Of a DNA stretch of 64,000 bases, positions 49,036 to 61,234 are shown one piece after another (within the stretch, counting starts at the first letter, position 1; the number at the start of each line of letters is the position of its first letter). Position numbers and translations under genes: made by a program. The notes beneath the pieces are model-generated. The model did no database searches, had not been told where the DNA came from, and saw only the letters and a program-made list of their open reading frames with translations. This DNA is from Podarcis gaigeae (taxonomy: Eukaryota), in assembly GCA_964106915.2 (NCBI GenBank), contig OZ066921.1. One strand, 5' to 3'.

Positions 49036-50936
49036 TGGCTGCTGTTGCATGTAGGAGGGCCCTTTCCATTTATATCTATCTATAAAATATATAATATAAA
49101 ATAAGCAGTCCCAGCAGAAGGGCTGGGTGAGTCGTTTGCTGTTATGTTGCCATCAATCCTTCTTATGGCAGAATGGCTCTATAGCTCTGGACAGCATCTT
49201 CATTTAATATCCTGGCATGTTCCCATTTCTGGAGACAAGTTGCTGAACGTTGCAAGGAAGGAAAACATTTCCCCCTGACTTTTTCAAGCTTAGATTCTTG
49301 CTGCCTTGCATCACAGCTGTCTCGCTCAGGGCCCTCCGTAAACCATAGGGAAGTTTGGGCACAGTTTTGTTTGGAAGTGGCTGCTAAATCTTTAGCTGGC
49401 TGCAAAGCTTTAGAAATGTGTTGCTGTTCCTAATTTTCTTATGAACAGAGCAATTTGTTGCTTCAGTTTGGTGGTTTTTGCTGCTGATTTACTTTTCATG
49501 TGCCACTTTCCCCTGGGAGCAAAGGGCTCCTTAAAGATCACCAAAAACTACCTCGCCAGGTGTTTTGGACTACAACTCCCATCATCCCTCACCATTGTCT
49601 ATGTTGGCAGGAGTGGGAGTCCAGAGCACCTGGGGAGGCTGTGAATGAGTATGAGCGTGCTTTTTCTTTCTCCCACTCCTGCTGCTGACATTTATCATGA
49701 CACCCCTATGAGGTAGGGCAAACTGACAAATAGTGGTGATTCAGGGCTATTGGATGAATAAGAGACTTCGTCCTGGGAGTCTTGTGTTCTAGCAATTACT
49801 CAGCAGCTTAAAAAAACCCCCAGCAACCAGGTACTAAGAAATTGCGGGGGGGGGAGGGGCATGTTGCGTAATGCACTGCTTGAAATTTGAATATTTTTTC
49901 AGCTCTGGACCTTAATACATTCGGTCATGGTTAAATGCCCTATGGGATTTAATCACGCATCAGTTTTTTTTATTATAAAACAAAAGTCTGTAGTTTGAAG
50001 TAATTGTGTTTAAATGCCACAGCAGATGAATTCTACCACTTACACCTGCACAAATCATGCATTTTAATATGATATTTACAGAATTGCTGTGTGTTGACTT
50101 GATCTTTTGGAAAGGCACCTGATAAATCTTGTTAATAAAAAAAAGGGTTCTCCCAATGAAGCATGAGAAAGAGGCTCTTCTGGGTGGTGTATCTTGGCAA
50201 GATCCCAGCAAGACAAAGCTCTCTGTTATAACTGAACCAGTGTCTGTAGCTTTCGAGTAACACAAAACTGCTTGCCTAGACCAGATGTGCGGAACTTCAA
50301 GTTGTTGCTGAAATACAACAACTCCCACCATCCTTGGTCTTCAGCCATGCTTTCTGGAGCTGATGGGAGTTGCAGTTTGGCAACATCTGGAGGGCGAAAG
50401 GTTCCTTGCACCTGGTCTCAGTGATATGCCAATAGATGTTGGCCCAATAAGAAGAAGCATTAAAGACAACTTTTTGTTTTAAAATGGAGGTCCAAAGGAA
50501 GACTGCCAGGATGTAGGAAGATGCCTAATCTTAAGTCAGACTATTGGTCCATATAGCCCAGGAGTATCTACACAACTGGCAGCAGGTCTCTAGGGATTCC
50601 TTCCCACCCCTACTTGGATACAGTGAATGTATTTATTCTGTCTTCTGTCCCAAGCAGAAAACATTTGCTGCCTCCGAAGTAAGGTGTGCACAGAACTGTC
50701 TCTTGCAGTGCATGATGGCAGCCTTCGTGCACAGAGTAAGAACCAGTCCAGGGGCTGCATGCAGCTGGTGTGGCTCGAAGGGCATGGTGGGATGGGAGGC
50801 TCTTCTGCCCTTTTTCTCGCCTCCTTCTGAGGAGAGGAGTTTGCTCAAGGGCAGCTACCCTTTGAGTGTCACTCTCAGTGTGGCCTCTGACCACTTCGGG
50901 TGCTCTTCACGCAGCTGTCTTGCAGGGCAGTGGGGA

Positions 50937-50938
<2 letters not shown>

Positions 50939-50985
<47 letters not shown>

Positions 50986-51040
50986 TTATACCCTACCCAT
51001 CCAGTAGGGTTTCCCAGCCACTCTGGGCAGCTCCCAACAG
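50939..51040 (-). repeat. (AAT)n microsatellite adjoining a short retroelement 3' tail
   Basis: ~14 AAT units followed by TTTATACCC...CCAGCCACTCTGGGCAGCTCCCAACA. Confidence 0.75.
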
Positions 51041-51171
51041 ATTAAATGCAATGCCTCTTCCTTTAATTTGCCACCCTGGGCAACTGCCCTGTTTTCCTCC
51101 TGTAAATACAGTGTGCCCGGAGATGCTGGGGATTGAATCTAGGAGCTTCTGCATGCAAAGCAGTTAATTAT

Positions 51172-51380
51172 AAGAAGAGCCTTGATAGGCCAGAGGAACT
51201 GACTAATCCAGCATCCTGTTCTCCTGCTGGCCAGCAAGATGGGAAGCCTGGACCTGAATGCAGCCATGGAGGCAGAGCATAGCCATTGTCGCTAATTGCC
51301 ATTGATAGCCTTCTCCTCTGTGAATTTGTCTAATATTTTTAAAGCCATCTAGGTTGGTGACTATTCCTGCATCTTGTGAT
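51172..51380 (-). mobile_element. CR1 LINE 3' fragment
   Basis: Reverse-complement homology to 35417-35738 (CCATTGATAGCC...GAATTTGTCTAAT...TTTAAAGCCATCTAGGTTGGTG). Confidence 0.65.
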
Positions 51381-53871
51381 AGGTGCTCTTCCATGCAGCT
51401 ACAGCCCTTCCCATAAGTTGAATCAATGTAAGCTGAAGGAGAAGGGACTGTGTGCATTTTAAAAGGAAGTTCTGGAAGAGAAAGGGCAGCAAGAGGAGCG
51501 GGAGGCAGCTGGGAAGAGAATGAGGTGCTAGACCAATCAAACAGGAATGATATGGTCAGGTGTGGGGGAGGGGAAGGCGCTGGAATGACAGTTGATGTTT
51601 CTCCAGGACAGCATCAAACCTTCAGGTGTTTATTGACTCACATAACTCCTTTGTGTTCATTAAATAAAAAAATAGTAAATCCAGCCCTCTATAAAGAACT
51701 TTGAAGATCACAGTGAAAATTTTTGCGCCAGACATGGAAGTGAGGCAGAAGGGATTGAGATGCAGGTTTAGTAAACTCATCCTTTGCTCTGTCCCTACAA
51801 AAAGGAAGTTGCAGCATAAAGTATATCCTCCTTAATTTCCATCTGCCAGCTTGGCTTTGGGCCTCTGCTGTTTAGCAACCATCCAGGGCAAGCAGTCCTA
51901 TGTCATCTGCCACTATGGCTGCTGTTGATGGTTCCTTGGAGTTTGCCCAGCTCTGTGTGAAGCAGGCCACTGTTCTTCCCATTCCACAGGGAGGGAACCA
52001 AGTGACATGAAAGAGCAACATGCCATGCGCTCTATCGTGGTATATTATCAGAACTCCCAGAAACACACAGGGCTTGTCGTCGTCACTGAGATCAGTTTAC
52101 ATGTGCAGCTGGGAGTCAACAAGCTGAGAATCAGGCAGTCCAAAACATATCTAAACTGGTCCTTAGTGGGCTAAGGGTCTCTTTCCAGGGATGCTTTAGC
52201 CAGACAGTGAGCAGTTTGGATGAGCCTTTTGTGTAGGAATTTGTGTTAATATGAATCTCTTGATTCCAGCCATTGGATTCTTCCCTACCTGTGATCATAT
52301 GTATTCTGGGAGTTGCAGAGGTTTGGCGTTTCACGTGCCCACATGGCTAAATGGCCTCTTCTGCTGTAGTGTTCCCAAGTGAAGGAGCTACCTGCCTTCC
52401 CCTTTTTCTTAATTCCTCCTCTGCTACCATTTCCCCTTCACAGGAGCCTCCCTTTCCTGGGAAGGAGAAATGGCAGCTCTTTGTCAGAGTCTTGTCTGTC
52501 ATCAGGTACTTTTCAGAAGATCCAGGGCTCCCTGATAGGAACAGCCTTCTCCTGATTTTATCTCACACTTTCTTCCCTCCCTTTATTTCTAAACCTTGCT
52601 TTGCCTTATGGAGCTTTTTATTTCTCACAAGGTCGTGGGAAGATCTTGGAGATTGAGCAATTGCACTCATCTTTCTTTTGTCTTTTTGAGTGATAATGCA
52701 GCAAACTTTCCGTATGTTTATGATACCTTGTGCATGTGGAAGGCAGTGTATAGGAAGCAGTTGTGCAGCTGGTGTGAACATGCTGTGGAATGTGGTGCTC
52801 TCTCCAGCGGTGTTGAGAGAAGGAGGTGGATAAATTTTTCTCCAAGAGAGAGAGTGAATTATGCCTGTCAACCTTACAGAGGAGTGTGGGTGTGTAGCTA
52901 ATCTGGCTTTTCTGGTGCAGGAGGTGGTGGTGGAGAGAGATGTAGCTGCTGGCCACTTTGCCTTCTAGGGCCACATGTTGTGTTTCAGTACAGCCTCATT
53001 TGTTGCCATGACTTTTCCTCCAAGCTCTAAATGCAACAGAGCTAACACTTTTCTTGTCTATCAGGTTGGCTGGCTGGTTTTTACAGAGATACCCTTTATA
53101 GCTCAGCTGCATTTTCTTTCTTTTTGCTTGCGTTTAAAACCTTTTTCCAGAAGTGAAACAAAACTCCAGATTCCTCTCTGCAAATACCTTTATATTCTCA
53201 GCTCAAGATACTGATAGCCAATTAGTAAGCTAGTCCATTCTCATTAACTTGCTATGTCTGCAAGCTTCATTCATGGGTTGGTGTGATCTGTAAATGAAGT
53301 CTGGCATTCATATGTAGGAGATGCTCTCAGCCACAGCTGGAGACAGAATGAAATGGTTAGCCAGTAGCCTCCAGGGATTGCCCTAAGGCAGCCTTCATCA
53401 ACTGGGTGTGCTCCAGATATTTTGTACTGCAACTTGCATCAGCTCAGCCAGCACTGCCAATATTCAGGAATGATGGGAATTGTTGTCGAAAGGTCTTGGG
53501 GATACAAGGCAGGCCGAGGTTGCCCGAAAGTACTGAGCAACTTCTTGCCAGTCTGGTGTTAGATTTAGATCAATGTTGTGTGCTGACAGAGACCTGGATT
53601 CAAATCCCTCCATAGCCTTGATGTTCACTGACAGCCAGTCATCTTGACCTTGGGACAGTAAGAATCTCCACTAATGCATCATCTATCTCACAAGTTTGTT
53701 GTTAGGATAAAATTGAAGTGGGGCTAACCATGTACAGTATGCTGCCCTGAGTTCCCGGCCTGATAAAACTATAGCAAATAAGAAGGCTAAGTAAGACAAC
53801 TGATGATTTGTGATGGAGGTTGACATCCTTTGTCTCTCCCTCCCCCATCCCCCGCTTCCATGTTTCCTCAG

Positions 53872-54033
53872 ACATTCCAGAAGGAGCAAGTTGACCCCCT
53901 TCAGGCAAAACTGCAGCAAGTCAATGGGCTCGGACAGGGACTCATCCAGAGTGCGGGAAAGAATTGTGACGTCCAGGGCTTGGAACATGACATGGAGGAC
54001 ATCAACACCCGCTGGAACACCCTCAACAAGAAG
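53872..54033 (+). CDS. MACF1: MACF1 coding exon ([26 protein letters not shown]...WNTLNKK), phase 0/0
   Basis: Acceptor ttcctcAG|ACA, donor AAG|GTGAGC. Confidence 0.95.
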
Positions 54034-54771
54034 GTGAGCTGCACTTGGTGGCTCCTCGGCATTACTAACAATGTCCTTCTGCTGGGAGGAGCAGTGGGAT
54101 ACAGCCTGCAGGCACACAAGGTGACCACCTTGCAGAACTAACCAGGCCTGAACATGGTTGATGCCTGGATGGGAGATGCCTTGGGAACCCCAGGTATGCC
54201 ACTTTGGGTTCCACGATGGAAGAAAGGTGGGATTTAAAATGCACTTCAACTATATTGCATGGGAGCTGTTAGGATGCAGGAGGAGGGTGCCTGCCCATGA
54301 GCAAAGTGAAGATAATTGTCAGTGAAGTCCAGGCCACCTAGTGCTAGGCATGGAGAATGGATGTGGGCCTTTCCACACACACACACACACAGTGTCTTCA
54401 AATACTTTTCTATTTCTGCGTATAAAAGAAGGTAAAAGGGGCACTCTTAGGGAAGTGGCTGGGGGTGGGAGATAATTGTGTCTCCCGGTGGATCTGTCCA
54501 CCATTGAGAGTTGTGTTTGCTTCTCTATAGATTCATTCTGGATTCTGTTCCTTGGTCACCCTAGAGAGTGACCAATTATTGGGAAATTGATTTTTACATA
54601 AATGTTATTAGTCACTTAAAAAAAAAAAGAACTCAAGGGAAGTAATGTTCTACCTTGCAGGGTGACTGTGAAAATGAAGCGAATCTGAGAAGCACTCTTT
54701 CCAAATGGTTGACCAGTAAATGCTTCTGTAGCAATATATATGTGTGACTGTTATGTTTTGGCAAAATGTAG

Positions 54772-54942
54772 GTGGCACAGAGGATTGCACAGCTGCAGGA
54801 AGCCCTGTTGCATTGTGGGAAGTTCCAGGATGCCTTGGAGCCTTTGCTCAGCTGGTTGGCCGACACGGAGGAGCTCATCTCCAACCAGAAGCCACCATCT
54901 GCTGAATATAAAGTAGTGAAGGCTCAGATTCAGGAGCAAAAG
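54772..54942 (+). CDS. MACF1: MACF1 coding exon ([18 protein letters not shown]...AQIQEQK), phase 0/0
   Basis: Acceptor atgtAG|GTG, donor AAG|GTGAGG. Confidence 0.95.
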
Positions 54943-55461
54943 GTGAGGAGTTGGTGGCCGGGGGACCTTGAATTCACAGAGCACAGCTGGCTGGCAGGAC
55001 CCACCATGGCCTCTCTCTGCTTTGGGCACTCAGCTCCACCAGCAGCCCCAGGTACCCCCAGTTGACAGGAAAGGTTTCACTTGCTTTCCTTTTGGCAGAC
55101 AGCTTCTACCTACCACCTGTGCCATGTCAAATAAGCAGGAGAAGGAAGGAAAGAGGTTGGTAGTTGGTGAGCTTTGGAGAACAGAGAGGGGACAATATAG
55201 GGGACAGACACCCAACCTTTAGTGTGGAGACAGCCCCCACTAGGAATGGCATAAAAGGCAGCCTTTGTTGGGTGAGTTCTGGGAACTTGAAGTTGATGGT
55301 GGTGAGTGAAAGGGGAGAAAGAGGGCACAGTTAAAAGTGGTAGGAGGGAAATGTGAGTTTAGCAGAGGGAGAACCCTGGGGACCTTTGGCCTTACTGAAA
55401 GCAGAAGGGTAATTCCTTCCTTAGCAGAATAATTATCACTTTCTAATTCTTTATTCCAAAG

Positions 55462-55628
55462 TTGCTCCAGCGTCTCCTGGATGACCGGAAAGCTACTGTC
55501 GAGATGATCCAAGCAGAGGGTGGGAGAATAGCTCAGTCTGCTGAACCAGCAGACAGGGAGAAGATAGTTGCCCAACTGGAGAGCCTTGGAAGCCACTGGG
55601 CAGGACTTCTCAGCAAAGCTACAGCCAG
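55462..55628 (+). CDS. MACF1: MACF1 coding exon ([21 protein letters not shown]...LLSKATA), phase 0/2
   Basis: Acceptor ttccaaAG|TTG, donor CAG|GTAAGC; translated by hand. Confidence 0.93.
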
Positions 55629-55664
55629 GTAAGCTACAAGGCCTGTAGGATGCAAGCTTGTCTG

Positions 55665-55731
55665 TTGTAATTTAGCACTGAAGCGAGAGAAAGTAACCTT
55701 GTAATTTAGCACTGAAGCGAGAGAAAGTAAC
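55665..55731. repeat. 34-bp tandem duplication
   Basis: TTGTAATTTAGCACTGAAGCGAGAGAAAGTAAC(C) x2. Confidence 0.95.
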
Positions 55732-55766
55732 TCTCCCTGCAAAGTATACTTTGATGTTCTTTTGGT

Positions 55767-55950
55767 AAGCTGCCTTATACTGAGTCGGACCATTGGTCCA
55801 TCTAGCTCAGCACAGGCTACTCTGATTGGCAGCAGCTCTCCAGGGTTTCAGGCAGGGAGCCTTTCCCAGCCCTACCTGGAGATGCTGCTGGGAGCTGGAC
55901 CCCTTGGGGCTTCTGCATGCACAGCAGATACTCTGCCATTGAGCTGTGGT
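55767..55950 (-). mobile_element. tRNA-Ala-derived SINE
   Basis: AAGCTGCCTTATACTGAGTCGGACCATTGGTCCATCTAGCTCAG...CAGCCCTACCTGGAGATGC...CTTCTGCATGC. Confidence 0.7.
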
Positions 55951-57355
55951 CCTTTGCTCTGGTAACCCTGCTGTTTCATAACACAAGTTATTTTATAAAC
56001 TGTGACTACCTGTGCAATGCACACAATAACTTTGCAAAACAAGCTGTTAAAGATGCCGTCTCATGCCTGTGCTCTGAATGAAATCACTCTGAACTTCTGA
56101 GCCATATGGCTAGGACATTGCAACTGAGTGTGGTTAGCAGGACTGAAGAATACAAACTGTGTCTGTAGGATGGGATGCACTACTTGCAGGAGAGTCTCTT
56201 GCTTGTAAAACTCACAAAAACCCCCTCTTGATCCTGTGAGTCCCAGAGCACCATGAGCAGCACATGTGGAACATGCTTCTGTGCCACACTATTTCTTTCT
56301 TCTTTAAAATATTTATCATCTGCCCTTCACTCGAAGGTGCCAAGATAGAAATATGTGCAGTATAAACTAAAACCAAACTATAAGATTAAATCAGCATAAA
56401 ACAAAAATACAGAATTCAGATACCAATAAAACCAGCAGTGGTAGCAGGTAACCTTTGGCCATCCAGGGCCAGTCCAGGATGTTTTAATGTCTGTGGAGGG
56501 CAGTCCTCAAGACCTCTCTTGCAGATGTAAGAAAAAGGGGAAGGTCCCCTTTCAATGAATGGTAGCTGTGCAAGAACAGATAACAGCTGTGGTTCACTTC
56601 AGAGGAGGCAGTCAGTGCAGGAGAACTTTATGTTAGTGGATTTTGACCTGTGCATCAGCTCTGTGTTACTCTCTGCTGCCCTTTAGCTTACCCCCAAGCT
56701 GCTACCTCACCCTCCTACTTGGGGTTGGGATGGAGTGTTTCTTCCAAACTCAGTTTATATTGGCACACCTGTGGGCTCATCATTACACATGACTGCATGC
56801 ATACCGCTTTCCCACATATGTGAAGCAACCCACAGACCAAAAAAAAGGTCTAAGGAACCATGTTCTGGGTATAAAGAGCTGTAGGTTCCCTCCCTCTGTC
56901 CCTAGAAGTTTCTGCTTTGCTTTGGGGGGGGGGGCTGTGTGTGCGTGAGAGAGAAGCTTTTCTGCACAGCTCTGGAATTAGATGGAAGTGTAAAATCCAA
57001 GGAAAGGGTTATCATTAATATTTTTTTAAACCTGGCAGTTGCATTCCAGCAACTCCACAGAGAATCAAGTGCAACATCTGTGAAAATGGCCTATATCAGC
57101 AATTTCTTCAAGCTGTATGTCTCTCCCCCCCCCCACCCCGCCTTGGCTTTCCCACATTTCCTAGACAGGTTTCATTCACATGGAGAAGGGGGAACCCCAC
57201 TCCTCCTTAGCCCCACCATGTCTAAACATGAGATTTCAGATCATCAAATCTTTTGCATGGGGCTACAAAAATTACCAATATTTTCACTGAACCCACAATT
57301 CCCTTCTTGCTCAATCATCACCAATTTAGGCGACATCAGTGTATATGTCATTAAG

Positions 57356-57512
57356 NNNNNNNNNNNNNNNNNNNNNNNNNNNNNNNNNNNNNNNNNNNNN
57401 NNNNNNNNNNNNNNNNNNNNNNNNNNNNNNNNNNNNNNNNNNNNNNNNNNNNNNNNNNNNNNNNNNNNNNNNNNNNNNNNNNNNNNNNNNNNNNNNNNNN
57501 NNNNNNNNNNNN
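57356..57512. other. Assembly gap (N run) adjoining the CR1 fragment
   Basis: Ns. Confidence 1.
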
Positions 57513-57950
57513 TTTATTCATATATTCATTGAACTGCATTTCTCCTCTTGTTACCCCCTGCCCTGTTTTGGAGACATCCTTTTGGAGCTCTTCACAGCCC
57601 ACTTGGTTGTTCATCATACTGAATACTTTGGTGTCATCCACAAACTTTGTCAGCTCCCTTCTCACTCCTGTCTCCAGACCATTCCTGAACAAGTTCAGGG
57701 GCACCATCGGCTTCAATGCACAGATCCTTCAGGAACTTTACTGCATGCTTCCTTCCTTCCATTGTGAGAACTGTCTGTTTATTCCCACACTCTGTTTCCT
57801 GTTCTTTAAGCAGCTGCTGATCCTTAAGAGGATCTGTCCTTTCACCCTGTGACTGCTGAGTTTATTCAGAAGTGTTTGGGGAGAGGGACCTTGTTAAAAA
57901 CTTTTAGGAAGCTCAACTATTCAGTGTCTGCCAGACTACATGTTTCAGCA
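57513..57950 (-). mobile_element. CR1 reverse-transcriptase fragment (decayed)
   Basis: Minus ORF LNLFRNGLETGVRRELTKFVDDTKVF...GCEELQKDVSK...MQFN resembles CR1 RT LFNIFINDL...KFADDTKL...LQKDL. Confidence 0.8.
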
Positions 57951-58077
57951 ATCTTATTGGCACTCCAAATCTTATTGGCACTCTCGAACTCCAAAAGGTT
58001 GATGAGGCAGGCTCTTGATACATTAATCCTGTCTTCAAAAAAGGGGGGTGGAGTTAATGACCCTGGAGGCTCTTGCC

Positions 58078-58172
58078 CATCCTTTGCCAAGATGATGCCC
58101 TCCAGATGTTGGCTGGGGCTGATGGGAGTAGTAGTCCAAAACATCTGGAGGGCATCATCTTGGCGAAGGCTG
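58078..58172. mobile_element. Palindromic MITE copy with perfect 25-bp arms
   Basis: GCCAAGATGATGCCCTCCAGATGTT (58086-58110) and its exact reverse complement (58140-58164). Confidence 0.8.
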
Positions 58173-58385
58173 TTCCAGCCAGTCCTGGAAGTCTCTTAAA
58201 ATGCTTTCTAGCAGAATCCCTGGTGCAAAAGCTGAACCTGGTTATCTGCTCAACTTTCTCATGATAAATACTCTGGGTGCTCATTTCATTCTTTGTTATT
58301 GCAGCAATGGCAAAGTAGCCTCATCTTCTTCCTCGTCCCCCCCCCCCCCATTGTTGCTGATGGATTTGTTTTTTTCTTGCCACAG

Positions 58386-58545
58386 GCAAAACCAGCTGGA
58401 GGAGATCCTGGTTTTGGCCAAGCAGTTCCACGAGACATCAGAGCCCATCTCTGACTGGCTTTCGGTGACTGAGAAGAAACTGGCCAACTCAGAGCCCATT
58501 GGGACTCAGACGGCCAAAATCCAGCAGCAGATAAGCCGGCATAAG
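58386..58545 (+). CDS. MACF1: MACF1 coding exon ([17 protein letters not shown]...QQQISRHK), phase 2/0
   Basis: Acceptor ccacAG|G, donor AAG|GTGGGC. Confidence 0.94.
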
Positions 58546-59638
58546 GTGGGCAAAGGGTTGCCAAGGAATTGTGAAATGTGGGGGTGACGGGGGAGCACTG
58601 TGTGGTAGGCACTTCAGTAAGAATAGCTGCTGCTGTGGAACCTAGGTACCTGAATAAGATTTGGGGGCGGGGGGAGGTTGGAAACATGCATGTCATAATG
58701 GAACAATCCTTAAGCCAAGTTGAGTTGGTTGGAATTCAGAATGAAGAGTCTCATGGTTTGTATCCAAGCAAAATGTTGAGCCTCAGAACATGCAGGACAA
58801 GACTGCCAATGACTACTACCCGTGATGACTTATGTTCTGCTTTCACTGTCAGACATAGTATACCTCTGAATAGCAGATGTGGGAATCAGAGACAGGTAGA
58901 ACGCCGATACACTTGGGTCCTGCTTGCAGACTTCCTATAGGCATTCGTTTGGCCAGTATAAGAGCAGGATACTGGGCTATTGGACTGATCCGGCAGCAGG
59001 GTTGTTCTTAGGTTTTTAACTTTAGTAGTTCCTAGCATATTTCCCATATCACTAAATCCTAGAATCCTGCACTTGGTGCAATCCTAGATGGGTCTGCTTG
59101 GAATAAGGTCCATTGGGTTTAGTGGGACATACTCCCAGCTAATTGTGCATAGGATTGCAGCCTTAGCGTGTTTGAACACTTGAGTGTTGTCACGTCAGCT
59201 CAGCCAATCGCAAGAAGGAATCATTGTTGGTGTCAATCAGGGGTCTCTGGGTAGGAAGAATCCTGGCTCATTAGAAGGGAATTGTGTGGGAGATACACCC
59301 CACCACACACACCTTTTCCCAAATTCAGTAACTTTTCCTCTTTAAGCTATGAAAATAGCAGCCACAGCTATAACTCCTGTTCATGAGATTACCTGGCCTC
59401 CGGAGAAGAATGAAACAAAACTCCCATCTCTCACTTTTCTTTATTTAAACAATTTATTTCATATATGTTATTGCCCTCATGGGTGGATATTTTTACTTTG
59501 AGTTTGCATGATCATCAGACACGCTCATTTCTCAGTTTTGTTTTAGATTTGTTTCCCGTTTATTCCATTTTCAGTCATAAGTTTCTGTCTGCTTGTTTTG
59601 TGTTCCCCCTTCTCTTAAACCATCTCATGGATCTCCAG

Positions 59639-59965
59639 GCCCTCGATGAGGAGATAGAGAGTCATGGCTCAGCTGTGGCTCTGGCAGTCAACACTGGACA
59701 GTCCCTGGCCTCCTTGAGCTGTCAGGCTGAGCAGGCCTCGCTGGCTGAGAAGCTTGACCTGCTTGAGTCCCGGTATGCAGAGGTTTGCGACCGGTGCGGC
59801 CGGAAGGCTGCCCTTCTTGACCAGGCCTTGTCCAACGCCCGGCTCTTTGGGGAGGACGAGGTGGAGGTGCTCAACTGGCTGGCTGAGGTTGAGGACAAGC
59901 TCAGCTCAGTGGCCGTCAAGGATTACAAGCGGGACATCCTGCAGAGGCAGCATGCTGACCACCTG
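59639..59965 (+). CDS. MACF1: MACF1 327-nt symmetric exon (ALDEEIESHG...RQHADHL), phase 0/0
   Basis: Acceptor tctccAG|GCC, donor CTG|GTACTG; 109 aa, about one spectrin-repeat length. Confidence 0.92.
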
Positions 59966-59976
59966 GTACTGACTCC

Positions 59977-59995
59977 TTTTCCCATCTTTCATGAT

Positions 59996-60049
<54 letters not shown>

Positions 60050-60072
60050 TTTCCCATCTTCCATGATGTATT
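59977..60072. repeat. (ATT)n tract enclosed by a 24-bp direct repeat
   Basis: TTTTCCCATCTT(T/C)CATGATGTATT at 59977-60000 and 60049-60072. Confidence 0.9.
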
Positions 60073-60712
60073 CTTATTCTTCTTATCTTTTCCTTTGTTT
60101 CTCTTGCTTTGAGTCTTTTGATTTTGATCTGGGCCATTAATATCTCCCTAGAACACCAGCCCCACCCTTGCTGCTGCCCCATACAGCCACCACACAAACC
60201 GGCGTTATTGCTGTGCCAAAGTGGAAAAAAGAGAGAGAATGATGACCAACCCTTGTCCCAGTTAAGCCTTTTAGAAGGTTGCCACCCTCTACTTAAAGCA
60301 GCCCTTCCCAAAGGCATAGGTTTTTGACTACAGCTCCCATCAGCCCCATGATCCTGGGGTTGATGGGGTTTGTAGTCCAGAACATTTGGACTTGGTTAGG
60401 AAAGGCTGGTGTAAGTATTCCTCCTAGCTTGATGCAGTGGTGGTCTGCCTAGGACTCTCCCTCCTCTTCTGTTTGGTAGAAATAGTGAGCATCATCAATG
60501 CCCTGCCTTCCTTAGGCTTCAGGCTGCTTCTGTGTCCCCTCCCAGGGGCTTCCTGTGTGGAAGGGAGCCACAGGTGTCTCTTGGGTGCCGCCTTTACTCT
60601 GTCAATGGGCTGGTGTTGTCTGAGCCCCAGTGGGGGAAACTTGTTTTGGTCAAAGAGGAGCCTCTCCAGGGGAACTTGCCTTTGACACAAGGTTTTTTCC
60701 CCACCTGCCTAG

Positions 60713-60797
60713 GCCTTGAATGATGAGATTGTGAACCGCAAGAAGAATGTAGACCAGGCCATTAAGAACGGGCAGGCCCTTCTGAAGCAAACCACAG
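60713..60797 (+). CDS. MACF1: MACF1 coding exon (ALNDEIVNRKKNVDQAIKNGQALLKQTT), phase 0/1
   Basis: Acceptor gcctAG|GCC, donor CAG|GTAAGG; translated by hand. Confidence 0.94.
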
Positions 60798-61234
60798 GTA
60801 AGGCTAACCAACCTATTGCACTCCCCACAATCCTTCCTGTCATTCTTCATTGACTTCTCTGTGCCAATGGCTGCAGAACATAGTACTTCCCCCCTCAAAA
60901 AGATTCACCCACTTCATTTCTTATTTTCTTATAAAGGGTTGCTTCAGGCAAACAGGAGTGGGGTTGAAAGCAGGGGCTTTAAATCCCAAGTATTTGCTGC
61001 TTTTTGCTTAGGAAGGCTTGTCATTTTCTAGAACATTAAGTATAGAAATTGTTTTATTGTTTTTAGCTTATTGAGTCTATAACATGTGGGGAGTTAATCT
61101 TATTTTATTCTACTTCGGTAGCTTTTGTTTGAGAAGTAGTTTCTAAGCCTGCAGATAAAGAGGCAAAACAAAAGAAGTCTCTAAACCAGATGACTAGAGT
61201 TTGCTGCAGCTAAACACTTGGTGGCTCCCTGCAG

